A stretch of 64,000 bases of DNA from the human T2T-CHM13v2.0 reference genome, Homo sapiens (GCF_009914755.1 NC_060940.1), one strand, 5' to 3'; positions 20,846 to 40,998 are shown, numbered from the stretch's first letter. Numbers and translations: made by a program. The notes: generated by a model not told the origin, from the letters alone.

Positions 20846-22064
20846 TGTTGAACTTGTTGGGCTTCTGGTCAAAGAGGCTTTGTATGTTTATACTTTAATG
20901 TTTTCCCACAGAGTGGTGAAAAACTTTTTTTAACCAAGTTAAAAAATATGAAAAAATCTTTTTGAAAATTTCTATTCAAGCCAGGTTTTTAGAAATGTAT
21001 CCGGGATGTGTTTGTGCGTCATTCAAGGCATATTAGCATCTGGTCACAAGATGGAGTCCTTTGTTTCCATGTTTCCTGTCTCCCAAATCTGTCTGATCCC
21101 ATGGAGTTGGTGGTATACGGCATCGTTTGTGTTGAACAGAGCCTTTGCAGGCATGTCTGTCTAAAACACTCAAGCTGAAAGAAGGACAGGGCCTACAGCT
21201 TGTTTTTATGGCCCTTACTCTAAGAATGATTTATTATGTTTTTAAGGGTTGTTTTAAAGAAGATGAATATTCGGCAAGACCATATGTAGCCTGTAAAGGC
21301 TAAAATACTATCTGGCTGGGTGGGTGGTGGTGGTGGTGTGAGAGACAAGGTGTTACTGTTACCTAGGCTGCAGTGCAGTGGCGTGATCATAGCTCACTGC
21401 AGCCTGGAACTCCTGGCTCACATGATCCTCCTGCCTTAGCCTTCCAAGAGGTTGGGAGTACAGGTGTGCACTATCCTGCCTGGCTTACTAACAACAACAA
21501 AAAAAAAACACCTTTTTTTTTATAGAGACGGGGGTCTCTCTCGGCTAGGCTGGCCTCCAACTCCTGGCCTCAAGTGATTTTCCCATCTCAGCCTCCCAAA
21601 GTGCTGGGATTCCAGGTGTGAGCCACTGTACCCAGCCACCATTTGACGTTTTGTGGAAAGTGTTTGCTGACTCATTGGACAAGACCTTGTGTTTTAACTC
21701 AAAAAATCAAGGAAATCCTGTATTTTTCTTAAGATACTGGTTTTGATGAGTCAAGATGTTCTTCCCAGTCATGTTCGAGGGCAGGGGGCAGTGGCCCTTA
21801 GACCACACATCACCTTATTTCTCTCCCCTGCCCTCCCTGCTGAGCGGCCCAGTAACCCCCTTAGACAGTCTCACTTTGCATCTCTGCTCTGCTCTCTGGC
21901 TGGCTGTGGGGTTGTAGGCAATTGATTTCACCTCTCTAGGCCTCAGTTTCTGCATTCATGACGTTAACCCTGACTTCAGAGAATCTTTGGGACGATGAAG
22001 CAAAACCCAGCCTTCCCCAACTCCTTTTCCTCTATAGAAAACAGCTCAACAGAAAAGCCAACGA

Positions 22065-22922
22065 CATTGTGATTTATAACCATTTATTAGTGAAAGTGTT
22101 TTTAAGCACAGTCAGGGTGTAAACAGTGCAGCATTCCTGCTCCCCTCCGTGGGAGCAGCGTCTCCTTTTCAATTCATGTGACTACAGAAGGCACTTGGTG
22201 AACTGTGCGTGTCTGAGGTGTGGAAACCAGGAGAGGGGGAAAGAATTCTCAAAGGCCTGACGTGAGAAGTTGGAAAGGTTTGCAGGTTAGGGAATGAATT
22301 GGGAGTGGGGGCCGGCGGCACCCATTTCGGTGACTTTCTCCCCATTTCATGTAAACAGAATTGCCAGGGACCGGTTACCGTGGATATGTTTTTCTAAAAA
22401 CTCAGTGTCTGCACAATCCATTGATAGAACTGGAGGATGTGTCTGTGTTTCCTGTTGGGTTTTTCTCATCTCTTACATCATACAAACTTCAATTTTTACC
22501 TTGAATACAGGGGTAGTAGGGGTGGTGGTGGTGGTGGTGGTTGAGACAGGGTCTCTGTTGCCCAGGCTGGAGTGCAATGATGCAATTATAGCTCATTGCA
22601 GCCTCGAAGTCCTGGGCTGGAGCGTTCTTCCTGGCTCAGCCTCCCTAGTAGCTGGGACCACAGGTGTGTACCACCACGCCCAGCTTATTTTTAAATTCTT
22701 GTATAGATGAGGTTTTACTACGTTGCCCAGGCTGGAGGGTGGTGGTTTTTATATTCCTTGTGTGAGGGGTGTCTGTGATATTTGGAATTTGAGAATGGAT
22801 TTAGACAATGCTAAGTACAGTCTGCTGGGTTTTGCTTTGTTCTGGGTTGTTGTTGGGTTTTTTTTGTTTGTTTGTTTTGGTTTTTGGTTTTCTTGCCGTG
22901 GTGCAAAACTGTAGAAAGTTGC
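22065..22922 (-). other. MYH11: MYH11 3' UTR, containing a partial Alu (about 22540-22737) with a (CCA)n tail; end approximate
   Basis: Between the TAA stop and the AATAAA. Confidence 0.85.
22083..22088 (-). terminator. MYH11: MYH11 poly(A) signal AATAAA
   Basis: tttatt on +; GU-rich element tgtcgttggcttttctgttg downstream on -. Confidence 0.85.
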
Positions 22923-23055
22923 TTATTCACTGGCCTTGGTTCCATTGAAGTCTGCGTCTCGAGTGTCCGTTTCCTCCTCAGAACCATCTGCATTTTCAAT
23001 AACTCTACGTCCTCCAGACCTTCTAGAAGGAACGAAAGAGGTCTCGTTTCCTCGC
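22923..23055 (-). CDS. MYH11: MYH11 last exon (41), SM1 tailpiece [43 protein letters not shown]
   Basis: cccacag|GCGAGG acceptor; TAA at 22925-22923. Confidence 0.97.
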
Positions 23056-24631
23056 CTGTGGGTTGTAAGAAAACACATTATTTAGCAAAGAAATCTTCAT
23101 GGTTGGGATAGATTTTTTATAAATCTATTTTAAACTTGTAGCTATAGTCCTATTGCAATATAAATTTTTTTTATGGCAGAAAACACACACGGCACAAATA
23201 AGATGCAGATATTCAAGTTGAAGTCAACAAATCATTGCCAGTCTTAAGGCATGAGTGATTGAATTTAATCAGCTGAAATTGGTTTCGGGGGTGGGTGGAG
23301 AAGGTTTTTCAAAGCAAGACGATCTGCTTTTCAATATGTCAGGCTTGGTCATTTGAGAAGCCACAGGATTCTGGTCTGCTGTGGTCTTTGATTTAGAATA
23401 GGAAAAAAACGCCAAAAACCAAGCAGGGGATTTTGTCTTCTGACTTTATTCATAGCCCATGGGGCAGAGTTGAAGAGAGAACATACTGTTTTTCTTCTGT
23501 ATCTCCTCACCCCCATTCGCCTTAGAGGTGAGTTTTCAAGATTTGAATTGGAAGAAGGTGAAATGGACAAGGGCAGCCTTGAGAAGGACACAGAGGGGCT
23601 CCCTGGTTAAAAGGCGAGACAGCACCCCCTGCTGGTGTGAATGTTCATGGACTGAGTTTTCCCCACTGCAGGGACTGCTGCATCTGTTTTGCTGATCGTG
23701 GAACATACCGCACATGGCGTAAAACAGGTGCCCAGTGAATATTAGAAAAGGAAATTATACGTGTTAATCCAAGGTGGATTATTTTATTAAATTGAGATGA
23801 GGTCTTGATATTGTTGCCCAGGCTGGTCTGGAACTCCTGAGCTCAAGCAGTTCTCCTACCTTGGCCTCCCAAAGCGCTGGCATTACAGGCGTGGGCCACC
23901 ACACCTGGCCTTCAAGGTGGATTTAAAAAAGAAATTTAAGAGTCTCTCTCACCCAGGCTGGAGTGCAGTGGCATGATCTTGGCTCACTGCAACCTCTGCC
24001 TCCTGAGTTCCAGCAGTCCTTGAGCCTCAGTATTGAGTAGCTGGGACTACATGCACGTGCACACTGCCACGCCTGGCTAATTTTTGTATTTTTAGCAGAG
24101 ATGGGATTTTGCCATGTGACCCAGGCTGGTCTTGAACTCCTGGCCTCAAACGATCCACCTGTCTTAGCCTCTCAAAGTGTTGGGATTACAGGTGTGTGCC
24201 AGTGCACCTGGCCTCTGAGGTGGATTTTAGCTCCAGCCAGTAGGACACCCCTGTCTCTCCTTAATGCTGCCATCTCCTCTCTGCGCTGGTTCTCTCTTGA
24301 GTTTATCACCTCGACTTCACAGGAAGGGCTGGTCACGTGAGGGGAGACTTTGGGTAGGAGGAAGAGAGTGGGCAGAAGAAGGAAAAATCAGATCTGCCTG
24401 CTGCCAGCCTTCACCGTTCAGAAGAAACACTTAACTCTTTTCAGCAACCGCAACAAATAATTATGTTGGGCTCTGGCCATCTGGCCCTGTTTGACCTGAA
24501 TCGGAAGACAGGTCTTATTTTAGGACATCAAAGAAGAGAGCAGACTTTTGCTCCCCACGCAAGGGTTGGATAAGAAGCCATAAGGATGAACACAACTCAG
24601 TGACCAATTCTTTAGTCAAAAGGAACAACTC

Positions 24632-24916
24632 GGCTGGGCATGGTGGCTCACACCTGTAATCTCAGCACTTTGGGAGGCTGAGGCGGGCGGATCATGAGGT
24701 CAGGAGATCGAGACCATCCTGGCTAACATGGTGAAACCGTGTCTCTACTAAAAATACAAAAAATTAGCCGGGCGTGCTGGCGGGTGCCTGTAGTCCCAGC
24801 TACTCGGGAGGGAGGCTGAGGCAGGAGAATGACATGAACCCAGGAGGCGGAGCTTGCAGTGAGCCGAGATGTGGCCACTGCACTCCAGCCTAGGCGACAG
24901 GGCGAGACTCCGTCTC

Positions 24917-24945
<29 letters not shown>
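24632..24945 (+). mobile_element. AluY-like full-length element with a long A tail
   Basis: gagatcgagaccatcctggctaac and ggagcttgcagtgagccgag diagnostics. Confidence 0.85.
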
Positions 24946-24948
<3 letters not shown>

Positions 24949-25382
24949 AGGCCCAGAGATTCATGATCACTGAGAAGAGGAATTCGCAAATGACCCTTTT
25001 GTTGACAGAGGATGGGAGAGACCCCGGCTGGGAAAGCCCACCTGGCTATAAAGGATGGGACTTCCCGCAGTGCAGCGATCAGGAATAAATACTTAAAGCT
25101 GCAGCCACTCCAAAGTAAACACTCCTAGCCCAGCTTCACAGAGAAGCTTCTGGACTTGCAGCCCTACTAGAGAACTCTCCATCCTTCTCTCTCTAGATGT
25201 GACCCTTAAGTCTTTTTCTTTTTTAGCACTGTTTTCCAAGCGCTTGACTCAGAAGGATGCTCAAATTCAGTGCAGAGGAGCAGCAGTTTGACTGTTCCCT
25301 GTACGCTCCCCACACAGCTCTCTTCGTCACAGTTTTAACTCCAGGTTCAAACCCTGATGGGTTGGCCAGTTGCTGCGACTCA

Positions 25383-25739
<357 letters not shown>

Positions 25740-25936
25740 CTATTTGCTAACTGGAAAAGCTTAATGGATAAATTTGCTCCCTTGACCTAAGAAATACATT
25801 GTGCCCTGGGCCGTTGAAGCTCCTTGCTTGGCTGTCAGCCTGCAAGATACTCTGTTTTGGCTGAAGTGCTTTTCTTGGAACTGGTTTCAAATCCTAGACC
25901 AAGGTTGACACCAACTATACCTGTTACAGGAACTAA

Positions 25937-26195
<259 letters not shown>

Positions 26196-27739
26196 TGACC
26201 TCAAGTTATCTGCCCGCCTCGGCCTCCCAAAGTGCTGGGATTATAGGCATGACCCACTGTGCCTGGCCTAGCATTTGGATTCTATTCGTGGACTCAGCTT
26301 ATCCAAGGCCTCGGGAATCATCTTGAGTGTAAGCACCTGCTAGTTTGCAAGGACTCAGTTTCCCACTGACCAGTGGGTTCTGCACTTCAGCCCACCCTGG
26401 AATTTGGCTTATCCTATGATCCCAATCAGCTGGTAGGAGAGCTGCTTGAAGTGTCCTAGAAACTCATCTGCTCCCCCACAAAACTGGCTCTTAACAAGAC
26501 CTCACCCTGCGCTTTAAGTATTTTGGTAGTGACAGCAAAGCTGAGATTCTCCAAAAATGAAGATGGACACAAATGAGGGTTGGTTTGGCCTCTCCATGAG
26601 GTGAAGTCAGATCCACATGGCCTAACTTCACCTGTGAAAAGTTGGTCATGCTTGTAATCCCAGCATTTGGGGAGGCCAAGGCGCGCGGATCACCTGAAGT
26701 CAGGAGTTTGAGACCAGCCTGGCCAACATGGTGATATCCTGTCTCTAATAAAAATACAAAAATTAGCTGGGCGAGGTGGCGGGAGCCTGTAATCCCAGCT
26801 ACTCAGAAGGCTGAGGTAGGAGAATCGCTTGAACCCAGGAGGCAAAGGTTGCGGTGAGCCAAGATTGCGCCATTGCACTCCAGAGCGAGACTCCGTCTCA
26901 AAAAAAAAAAAAAAAAGCAAAATCCCAGAGCAGCAGAGACCTCTTCATGCTTTCTTGGGAAGGGCCCTGTGTGCATCCTTGAGTCTTGGGTATCCACTCC
27001 CCAGTCCCTGAACATGTACATGCCCGTGAAGCCTCCAGAAAAGGCTCTGCCAGGACTGTGCTTGGCTTTGCGGTGGTCAGCTTCCACCCCGTGTGCTGAA
27101 AATGCAGTTTGTAGCTAGACATCACTCAAGCCACGTGCAGCCCCCGGCATTTGTCAGACATCGCAGTGAGCTCATTTCCTTCGCAGACAAGCCTGTGAAA
27201 GCTGAATCATGGGAGGACTGGTTGCCGCGCCGCAGTTACCGTGAACTTTGTGATCTCTGACTTGTGACCCAGACCAGCCAACTAGAAGCCAAGTACGTTC
27301 TCCAGGAATGTGCCCAGATAGTGGAACTGTCATATTCATTCAGTGCAGTGTCTTCACTGGACAAGGGAGGACAGCACTGCTGAGTGCCCTAACCACGTAA
27401 GAGTGGCTTTTGGTATGAAAGGAAGAAAAATCCAAGCTACACACACAGCCTCTGCCATCTCGTCAAGATGCAGTGATAAGGGCGCACACTGTTGGGTGTC
27501 ATGTCACATGTGCTGCCCAGAGGCAGGAAGGACAGTGGGTCAAGAGATGAGGTCTATTTGTCATCCTGATCTTGGTTTCAATGAAAGCTTTGCACAAAGA
27601 TATCCAAGCCTCCAGATTTTGCAAGAATCTCGTGGAAATGTGCAAGGGTTTAAAAATTGGGGTGGGCAGAGGGGCGCATTGGGCAGAAAAGAAATGGATA
27701 CTGAGACAACACACAGCTGCGAAGCTGAAGGCATGATAC

Positions 27740-27778
27740 CTGGTGCATCACTGCGAAGTTTCCTGTGGGGGGGGCCCT
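27740..27778 (-). CDS. MYH11: MYH11 SM2 cassette exon (39 nt), GPPPQETSQ*; stop at 27750-27748
   Basis: ctctctgtttcag|AGGGCCCCCCCCACAGGAAACTTCGCAGTGATGCACCAG|gtatca. Confidence 0.96.
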
Positions 27779-27910
27779 CTGAAACAGAGAGAGAATCCCC
27801 GGAGGTTACCATCAGCAAACAAGAAGGAGCCCGGTTAAGTATATTCTTAATTGTTAAAGACATTTGCTTCGATTTAATAATTAAAGGCACTCTTTTTTAT
27901 TTTGAGATAG

Positions 27911-28042
<132 letters not shown>

Positions 28043-28312
28043 TAATTTTTGTATTTTTAGTACAGATGGGGTTGCACTATGTTGGTCAGGCTTGTCTCCA
28101 ACTCCTGATGTCAATGATCTTCCTGCCTTGGCCTCCCAAGGTGCTGGGATTTGGGATTACAGGCATGAACCACCGCACCTGGCATTAAAAGCACCCTTAA
28201 GTCAACGTTGCAGTGAATCACCTGACGCCAAGAGCATTTGGTGAGGCTGGTAGATGAAAGGATAAGCAGTTTTTTGATACTCTGTCACCCAGGATGGAGT
28301 GCACTGGCATGA

Positions 28313-28654
<342 letters not shown>

Positions 28655-29240
28655 TGAGCAAGCTAGTTTGAGAAATCAGTGTTGGAACAGAAGCCAAGAA
28701 GTCCCAGGCAAGGAACCTGCAGCCGCCTGTCCCTTGGTTTATGATTACTTGCTCTTCATTAGCTTTCGGGCCTCTAGCAAGAGAGGAGAGGTGGAGGCCT
28801 TGTACAGCTCTTGCCGGAGGTAACTGGCAGTGTAGCCAGTGGTAGGTAAGTGGGTCTGGCTTTAGAGAGGGCTTGTGTCGAGATGCGTCTGGCTGATAGA
28901 ACTTGGTGAAACTCGCACTACAGTTCCTTCTTGGCTGAGGAGCCAGGCATGCTTACCAACCTCCCTCAGGGCTCTAGTGCCTGATTTTATGTTTTTGTGC
29001 ACCCAAAAGATGCAGAAGGCAGGACAGACCTTCCACCTGCATTATGTGTGTATTCGTGTCGGAACTGGCAAAAATGGTCTTTTTGTTCCACTTTGCCCTT
29101 GGCTGCCCAAGAAGGCTCAAGTGTCTGGGGCAGAACCCACAGGAGGTGTCCAGTGTGTGCTAAAGAATCACTGGGCCGGCCGGGCATGGTGGCTCACGCC
29201 TGTAACCCCAGCACTTTGGGAGACCGAGGCAGGTGGATCA

Positions 29241-29482
<242 letters not shown>

Positions 29483-29777
29483 TCACTGGGCCTGAGAAAG
29501 GGAAGCAGAGACAGCAGTGGGGTAGGGAGTCAGAGTGGCTGTATCCCCATCGCTCAGCCCAGCCACTCAGGAGAGGCAGGGGGACTGGTTGCCAGCAGAG
29601 CACATCTGAGGGTTTTTGTTTTTTGTTTTTTTTTTTGAGACAGAGTCTTGCTCTGAAGGCTGGAGTATAGAGGCTTGATCTTGGCTCACTGCAGGCTCCT
29701 CCTCCTGGGTTGCAAAGGAGTGTCCTGTCTCAGCCTCACGAGTAGCTGGGATTACAGGCATCTGCCACCACGCCTAG

Positions 29778-29930
<153 letters not shown>

Positions 29931-30627
29931 TGAGAACAGCTCTCCTCCACTGACCCCTCAACCCTGGGAGATGCTTCCAGGCCCCTGCTGTACTTTGGGA
30001 GCCTAGGCCTGGTTTCTCTCCTATCCATGGGGGACCAACAAGCGCTCACCATGCAGCGAGTGGGGCTTTTCCCTGAAGGCTTGGTGCCCTGCGCCAGCTG
30101 CTCTCTTCCCCTTCTCAGAGGGGTTTGGACTTTTCCCTGTCTCACGCAGTGGTCCCCAAACTCTAGAGGTGATTTCAGATGGCTTCCGGGCATGCCATCC
30201 GCTAACTGAACTGGGCCCTGAGAAAGTCATTTCCTTTCCAACTCTTTTTAAACAAGTCTAATTATGATGTCAGAGAGAGTCTATTTGGTGCTAATGGCTG
30301 TTGTCACTCCCTTTTTAGTGGAGAAGTAGGCTTCAGGTCTTGGTGATCAAGTTGTGGCCACAATAGCTAGATATTGAACTTGATACTATTTTTATCATAT
30401 TACTTTCATCGTAACCAGTTGATAGAGGTGATGCTGGTTTAAAAATATAGAGGAGGTATGTTTATTTGCCGTTATATTCATGTATGATTAAAACTGTTAA
30501 AAGATCAAGTCATTGGTATTAAAGGTAGTAAGAGGCTCAGCACATGGCTGTGGTGGTATGAGAATGAAGCGGGGAAAATATCTAGGACCCGAGGGATAAA
30601 GGTTCACTCTGCCTGGTGCTGTCCTAG

Positions 30628-30909
<282 letters not shown>

Positions 30910-30939
30910 TGAGCCACTGCACCCAGCCTGGGCAGGATT

Positions 30940-33560
30940 CTTTAGGGAAAGTTGACCAGATTCTCCCATAGATGGGATGTGGGGTATAAAGGAGACCAAA
31001 ACGTTAAGAAGGACCACGAGGTTTGTGATGTGAATTGTTGGCAACTTCATCATTTTAGCTGCTGAGCTGGAGAGAGGAGCCAGTTTGGGGGTGAAGAGTT
31101 TCAGTCAGGACTTGGGGTGCAGCATGTTTGGTGTGAGCTGCCTATTAGACATCCATGTGGGAACGGGAGGGTGGTCTGAGGTTCTAGGAAGAAGCTAGGG
31201 CTTCTCAGAGATGAACTGAGGAGTCATTAGATATACATGGAATTCTAAAGCGCCAAGATTAGTTGAGACCTCTCACCTAGCGCTGGGGAGAGATGAAAAC
31301 AACTAAGGCCGTGCAGTGGTCCATGCCTGTAATCCCAGCACGTGGGGAGGCTGAGGCGGGTGGATCACAAGATCAGGAGTTCAAGACCAGCCTGGGCAAC
31401 ATGGTGCAACCCCATCTCTACTAAAAATATAAAAATAGGCCAAAAATAGCTTGAACTGGGAGGCAGAGGTTGCAGTGAGCTGAGATAGTGCTACTGCACT
31501 CCAGCCTGGGCAACAGAGCAAGACTCTGCCCAAAAGAGAACTAAGTTGATACCCTGGGGCGGTCTAGTGGCAAGCAGGTTTCGAGGTGAGGGATCAGCAG
31601 AGGAGAGGAAGAGGGACAACCCCACAGGTCGGGGGACAAGCAGGTGTGGATGGTGTCGGGGAAGTCCAGGGAAGCAAGTGAATTAGGCCAGAGGCATGAT
31701 GGACTGCGTCACGTGCTGCTGCCCTGTCAGGGGACCTCTGGCCATTAGTGTCACCCATGGGAGGCTTCTGGGAGAGTGATGGGTGGGGGCGAGGGGAACC
31801 AGCAACTCTTCACATACAGTTTTTTTTTTTTTGAGACCGAGTCTCACTCTGTCACCCAGGCTGGACTGCAACCTCTCTCTCCCGGTTTTAAGCCATTCTT
31901 GTGCCTCAGCCTCCTGAGTAGCTGGAACTATAGGCATGCACCACCACACCTGGCTAATTTTTATATTTTTTGGTAGAGACAGGGTTTCGGCATTCACATC
32001 CAGTTTTGTAGTAAGGGTAGCAAGGTAGACATGGGGCTAAGAGGTTATTCCATTTGCTGATGGAGCAAATGAAAGAGAAAACCTTGCAAAATAAGGATTT
32101 TTGGAGCTATGTGCTTGAGTGAACAAGAGGGTCGGGTCCAATGGAGGTGTTGGCCTCGGTTGGTGCCAGAGGGTTCAGCATAGAAATGGAAAAAAAATAG
32201 AAGTGTACAGAGGTGCACGGAGGTAGGATGATGAGGCAGTGGGAGCTTGTGCACGTTTCATGATCATTTCTGCTTTTGAGTTAAGTAGGAAGTAAGGTCC
32301 CCAGCTGAGAGAGAATGGGGAGGAGCGATCATAAGTTCAAAGAAAAAGTGAAAAGCAGCAGAGAGTGAGAAGATGAGGGAGGGGTGTGGGAGGACCCCTG
32401 AGCAAGGCCTGCTCTGTGGGAAAAGGTGGAGAGTGGGTTTTGGGTTTTTTGAGACAGGGTCTCACTCTGTCCATCCAGGGTAAGTGCATTGGCTAGATCA
32501 TGGCTCACTGCAGCCTTGACCTCTGGGGCTCCACTGATCGTCCCACCTCAGCCTCCTGAGTAGCTGGGATTTTAGGTTTGCGCCATCCCACCTGGCTGAT
32601 TTTTGTTTGTTTGTTGTAGAGATGGGGTCTTGCTGCTCTTGAACTCCTGAGCTCAAAGCGATTCACCTGCCTTGGCCTCCCAAAGTGCTGGGATTATAGG
32701 TGTGAGTCCCGTGCCCAGCCAAGCTTGAGTTTCATTTGGGTTGTGCTTTCACCAAATGATTGCAGCAATGCAAGAGGGGGAACCGGATGTTGAGGATGCG
32801 CGACGGGGGTTACTAGACAGCTGGTTTGGAGCTGGGTCAGAGGCTGATGGCATTAATGGAGTGAAGACCCCGTTGGGGACAGAGCCAAAGAAAGGTGGCA
32901 CCAGGCAGACAATGGGATGCCTGAGGGTCAAATTGTGAGGGCTCCTAGGAGTACTGGTTGGCCCGGTAGAAGCAGCAGGATCACCCAGAGGGTCAAGGAA
33001 CCGAGAGGCTGCGTCGCCCACCTGGATGTTGAAATCATGGAGAACTGTGAGGAGTGGTGTGGGAGACAGGAAGCCCGGAGCTAAAACCTCCTGGGAGCCA
33101 ATCGGGATGGATGGACAGGGTGGTGGAAGCAGCCCTTGGGAGCAGGGGGGACCCCCAAGGTACCAGAGGCATGGGAGAGAAAACAGCCCCCACTCCAGTG
33201 ACAGCAGGAATTCTCAGCGGGGTGGCAGTCGTACCCTCCCATCTCTAGAGGACTTCTGGCAACATCTAGAGACATTTTTGGTTGTCACATTGCAGGGTGG
33301 TGGGGGACTACTGCAGCCGGTGGGTAGAGGCCAGAAATGTAAGCACCTGCTACTTTTCAGGGATCTTTTTCCTTCTGATGGGGAATGTCGGACAGCCCCC
33401 ATACCCGAGAATAATGCAGCCCAGATGGCAGCAGTGCTGAGGGGGAGAAAGGAGGAGCAGAGCATGTCAGGAAGGAGGTGAAGTGGCGGGGGGTGGTGTT
33501 GCAGCTTCAATGGATGTCGTGAAGACTCAGTGATGCAATGAAGGAGGGGCTGGAGGAGAC
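30940..33560 (-). mobile_element. Degenerate L2 LINE tract interrupted by Alus and MER20
   Basis: GA-rich L2-like motifs (gcctattagacatcca, gaggagtcattag, ggatgttgaaatca). Confidence 0.55.
33201..33445 (+). mobile_element. MER20 DNA transposon (degenerate)
   Basis: ggcaacatctagagacatttttggttgtcac...gtgggtagaggccag...ggacagccccc. Confidence 0.75.
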
Positions 33561-33844
33561 AGTGGGGATAGCCTCTTCCTCCTCCTCAGCCGGAGGACCG
33601 GATGGGAGACGGTCGATCGTTAAAGGATCTAGAAGGTTAGCTGCTACCAGGCAAGGCAGGGCCCGGGTCTGATCTCAGTGCCTGGCCCACACTAAGCTTA
33701 GTGATTAAGGAGAAGCAGGAATAAACCACAGAAGGGAGTGGCGGCTGTGGGCACAAGGGGCATTTGCAGGCCGAAAGGAGCCCGAGCCCCCAGTGCTTTT
33801 CTCTGGCCTGAGAGACGGGGTCCTCCCGGGCCACGGGCTCCTCA

Positions 33845-34271
<427 letters not shown>

Positions 34272-34339
34272 TCACCTGGAGGTGGCATCTTGAGTGCTTT
34301 CCTGAGCCCCGTATCTGGACTCCTCTCAAGAATCAGTCA

Positions 34340-35320
<981 letters not shown>

Positions 35321-36036
35321 GAATGGGTGAGAATCCTTAGAATCCAATGGTAAGAAATGTGCTGTGATCATATGCCTCATTCGACCCATAATTAAGAAGG
35401 CTTCCAGTGTGTGTACCAAATGGGCTGCCGGTTGGACTTTTGTTTTTTGGGGTTTTTTTTGTGTGTGTGTATGTGTGTGGAAGGGTCCCACTGTGTCACC
35501 CAGGCTGCAGTGCAGTGGCACAATCTCGGCTCACTGCAACCTCCACGTGTCACGTTGGAGTGATTCTCCTGCCTCAGTCTCCTGAGTAGCTGAGATAATA
35601 GGCATGTGCCACCACACTCGGCTAATTTTTGGTACAGACAGGGTTTCACCATGTTGGCCAGGCCGGTCTCAAACTCCTGACCTCAAGTGATCCACCTGCC
35701 TCAGCCTCCCAAATTGCTGGGATTACAGGCGTGAGCCACCACGTCCAGCCTGGTTGGATTTTTGATCTGTCAGCATGCTATCCCTGCAGAGGCTGGGAAA
35801 AGTCATATGTACTGCTGGGAAGGCAGGTTAATGTCAGGAGGACCATGGAGATGCTAAGAGCAGCTCACACTTTAGGTGCTTGCCCTAGGCCAGGAACCAG
35901 CAGGGCACTTTGCTGTGTTTACGTTCAGTTCTCACAACATACCTGCACTGTAGGCATCACAGAGCTTGCTTCTTACAAGCCAGAACTGATGCTGGAAGAG
36001 GTTCCCTGACTTCACTATGACTCCTGCTGTCCATCA

Positions 36037-36414
<378 letters not shown>

Positions 36415-36512
36415 TCATCCTGTAAAACTCCACTCAAGAGCTTCTTCCAGGCCGGGCGTGGTGGCGCACGCCTGTAATCCCAGCACTTTTGGAAGCAGAG
36501 GCAGGTAAATCA

Positions 36513-36839
<327 letters not shown>

Positions 36840-37143
36840 CTACACCACAAGGGGCTGCAGGTTACTGGATGGTCCCTAGTGCCCACCATGGAACTAGTGC
36901 TCAGTGACATCACCAAGGGCTCACTGGATAAGGTCAGAGCTTCAGCTAGGGGAAAACGCAATGAAAGAGCATCCCAAGGCCCGGACTCCAGGGATGGCCG
37001 TGAGGTACGGGGAGCCAGCCACGCCGTGGCTGGAAAATGAGACACTGCAGCGTGGAGAGGAGTATTCTGAAGACAGCAGCCTGGGCACTGGTGTAAGGGC
37101 CCTGGATCTCTACTCTCAGGCCCCACCACCCTCTTGTCCCTCA

Positions 37144-37473
<330 letters not shown>

Positions 37474-37958
37474 CTAATGGGTGAAACTGAGGCTTGGAGA
37501 AGATTAGAAGACTCATCTGTAGTTACACAGCCAGGAAGTGGACAGCCGGGACTCAGGCCGGGTCCGTGTCAGCAAAGCTGGGATTGGGATGGGGACCAGC
37601 ACACTCCTCCCTGACTCTTCCTGGCCTCCCCTTCTCCCCACACAGCTACTTATTGGGAATGAATGAAAGCAGCCACACCCCCAAACAGGCATGAAAGCGC
37701 TGACGGAAAACCTAACCACCATGGGTCTGTCCCCAATCTCAGAGGACGCTTCGTCAGCAGCAGCATTGAAATGGGGGTCCAGGGCCAGGCACGGTGGCTC
37801 ACACCTGTAATCACAGCACTTTGGGAGGCCAAGGTAGGAGGATCACCTAAGGTCAGGAGTTCAAGACTAGCCTGGCCAACATGGTGAAACCCCACCTCTA
37901 CTAAAAATATAAAAATTAGCCAGGCATGGTGGTACACACCTGTAGTCTCAGCTACTCA

Positions 37959-38072
<114 letters not shown>

Positions 38073-38155
38073 TTAAAAAATAAAATAGGGGTCGAGGATG
38101 CTGCCTGTCCCCCCATCCTCTGCTTCAGAGCCCTCTTCCTCCATTCAGTTTCCTA

Positions 38156-38245
<90 letters not shown>

Positions 38246-38404
38246 CTAGGTGGGAGGGAGGAAGGCTGTTGTCTGCCAGGGAAAGGCCAATCCCCACCAA
38301 GAGTCCACCCTGACAACTCAGCCACCCTTGAAAGTACATGTTCTTCCTCTGAGCTCAGGGGAGGCCCCGTGAATACATAGAGGAGGGAAGCGTGTGTCTT
38401 TCTA

Positions 38405-39309
<905 letters not shown>

Positions 39310-39670
39310 CTAGGCAGCACATCACTGCACCCCTTCCCCAGCACAGCCCCCTTGTGAGGTGGGCATCTCATCCCCAGTTGCAGATGAGAAAACGGAATCA
39401 CGCCGGGCGTGGGTGGCTCATGTCTGTAATCCCAGCACTTTGGGAGGCCAACAGGAGAATGGATCACTTGAGGCCAGGAGTTCAAGACCAGCCTGGCCAA
39501 CATGGTGAAACCTTGTCTCCACTGAAAAAAAAAAAAAAATTAGCTAGGTATGGTGGCATGCGCCTGTAATCCAAGCTACTCGGGAGGCTGAGGCAGGAGG
39601 TGGAGGTTGCAGTGAGCTGAGATTACGCCACTGCACTCCAGCCTGGGCGACAGAGCGAGACTCTGTTTCA

Positions 39671-40571
<901 letters not shown>

Positions 40572-40720
40572 CTACAACACAAGACCCAGAGGTGACTTCT
40601 AGGCATATCCGGGGTCAGCGTCACTGAATTGTAAATACCGGGGGAAGCCCTGTGTCCTGCTGAATGTATTGAGGTGCAGGTGTAAGCAGTGTAGGTTAGC
40701 TATGGGAGTAATTTATATAA

Positions 40721-40998
<278 letters not shown>

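Noticed and set aside
23521-23545. About 20-nt resemblance to the duplicated segment at 18100-18127
   Set aside because: Too short to distinguish from chance
32741-33510. Cluster of non-Alu ORFs
   Set aside because: Lies in degenerate L2/MER20 sequence with no splice-consistent exon
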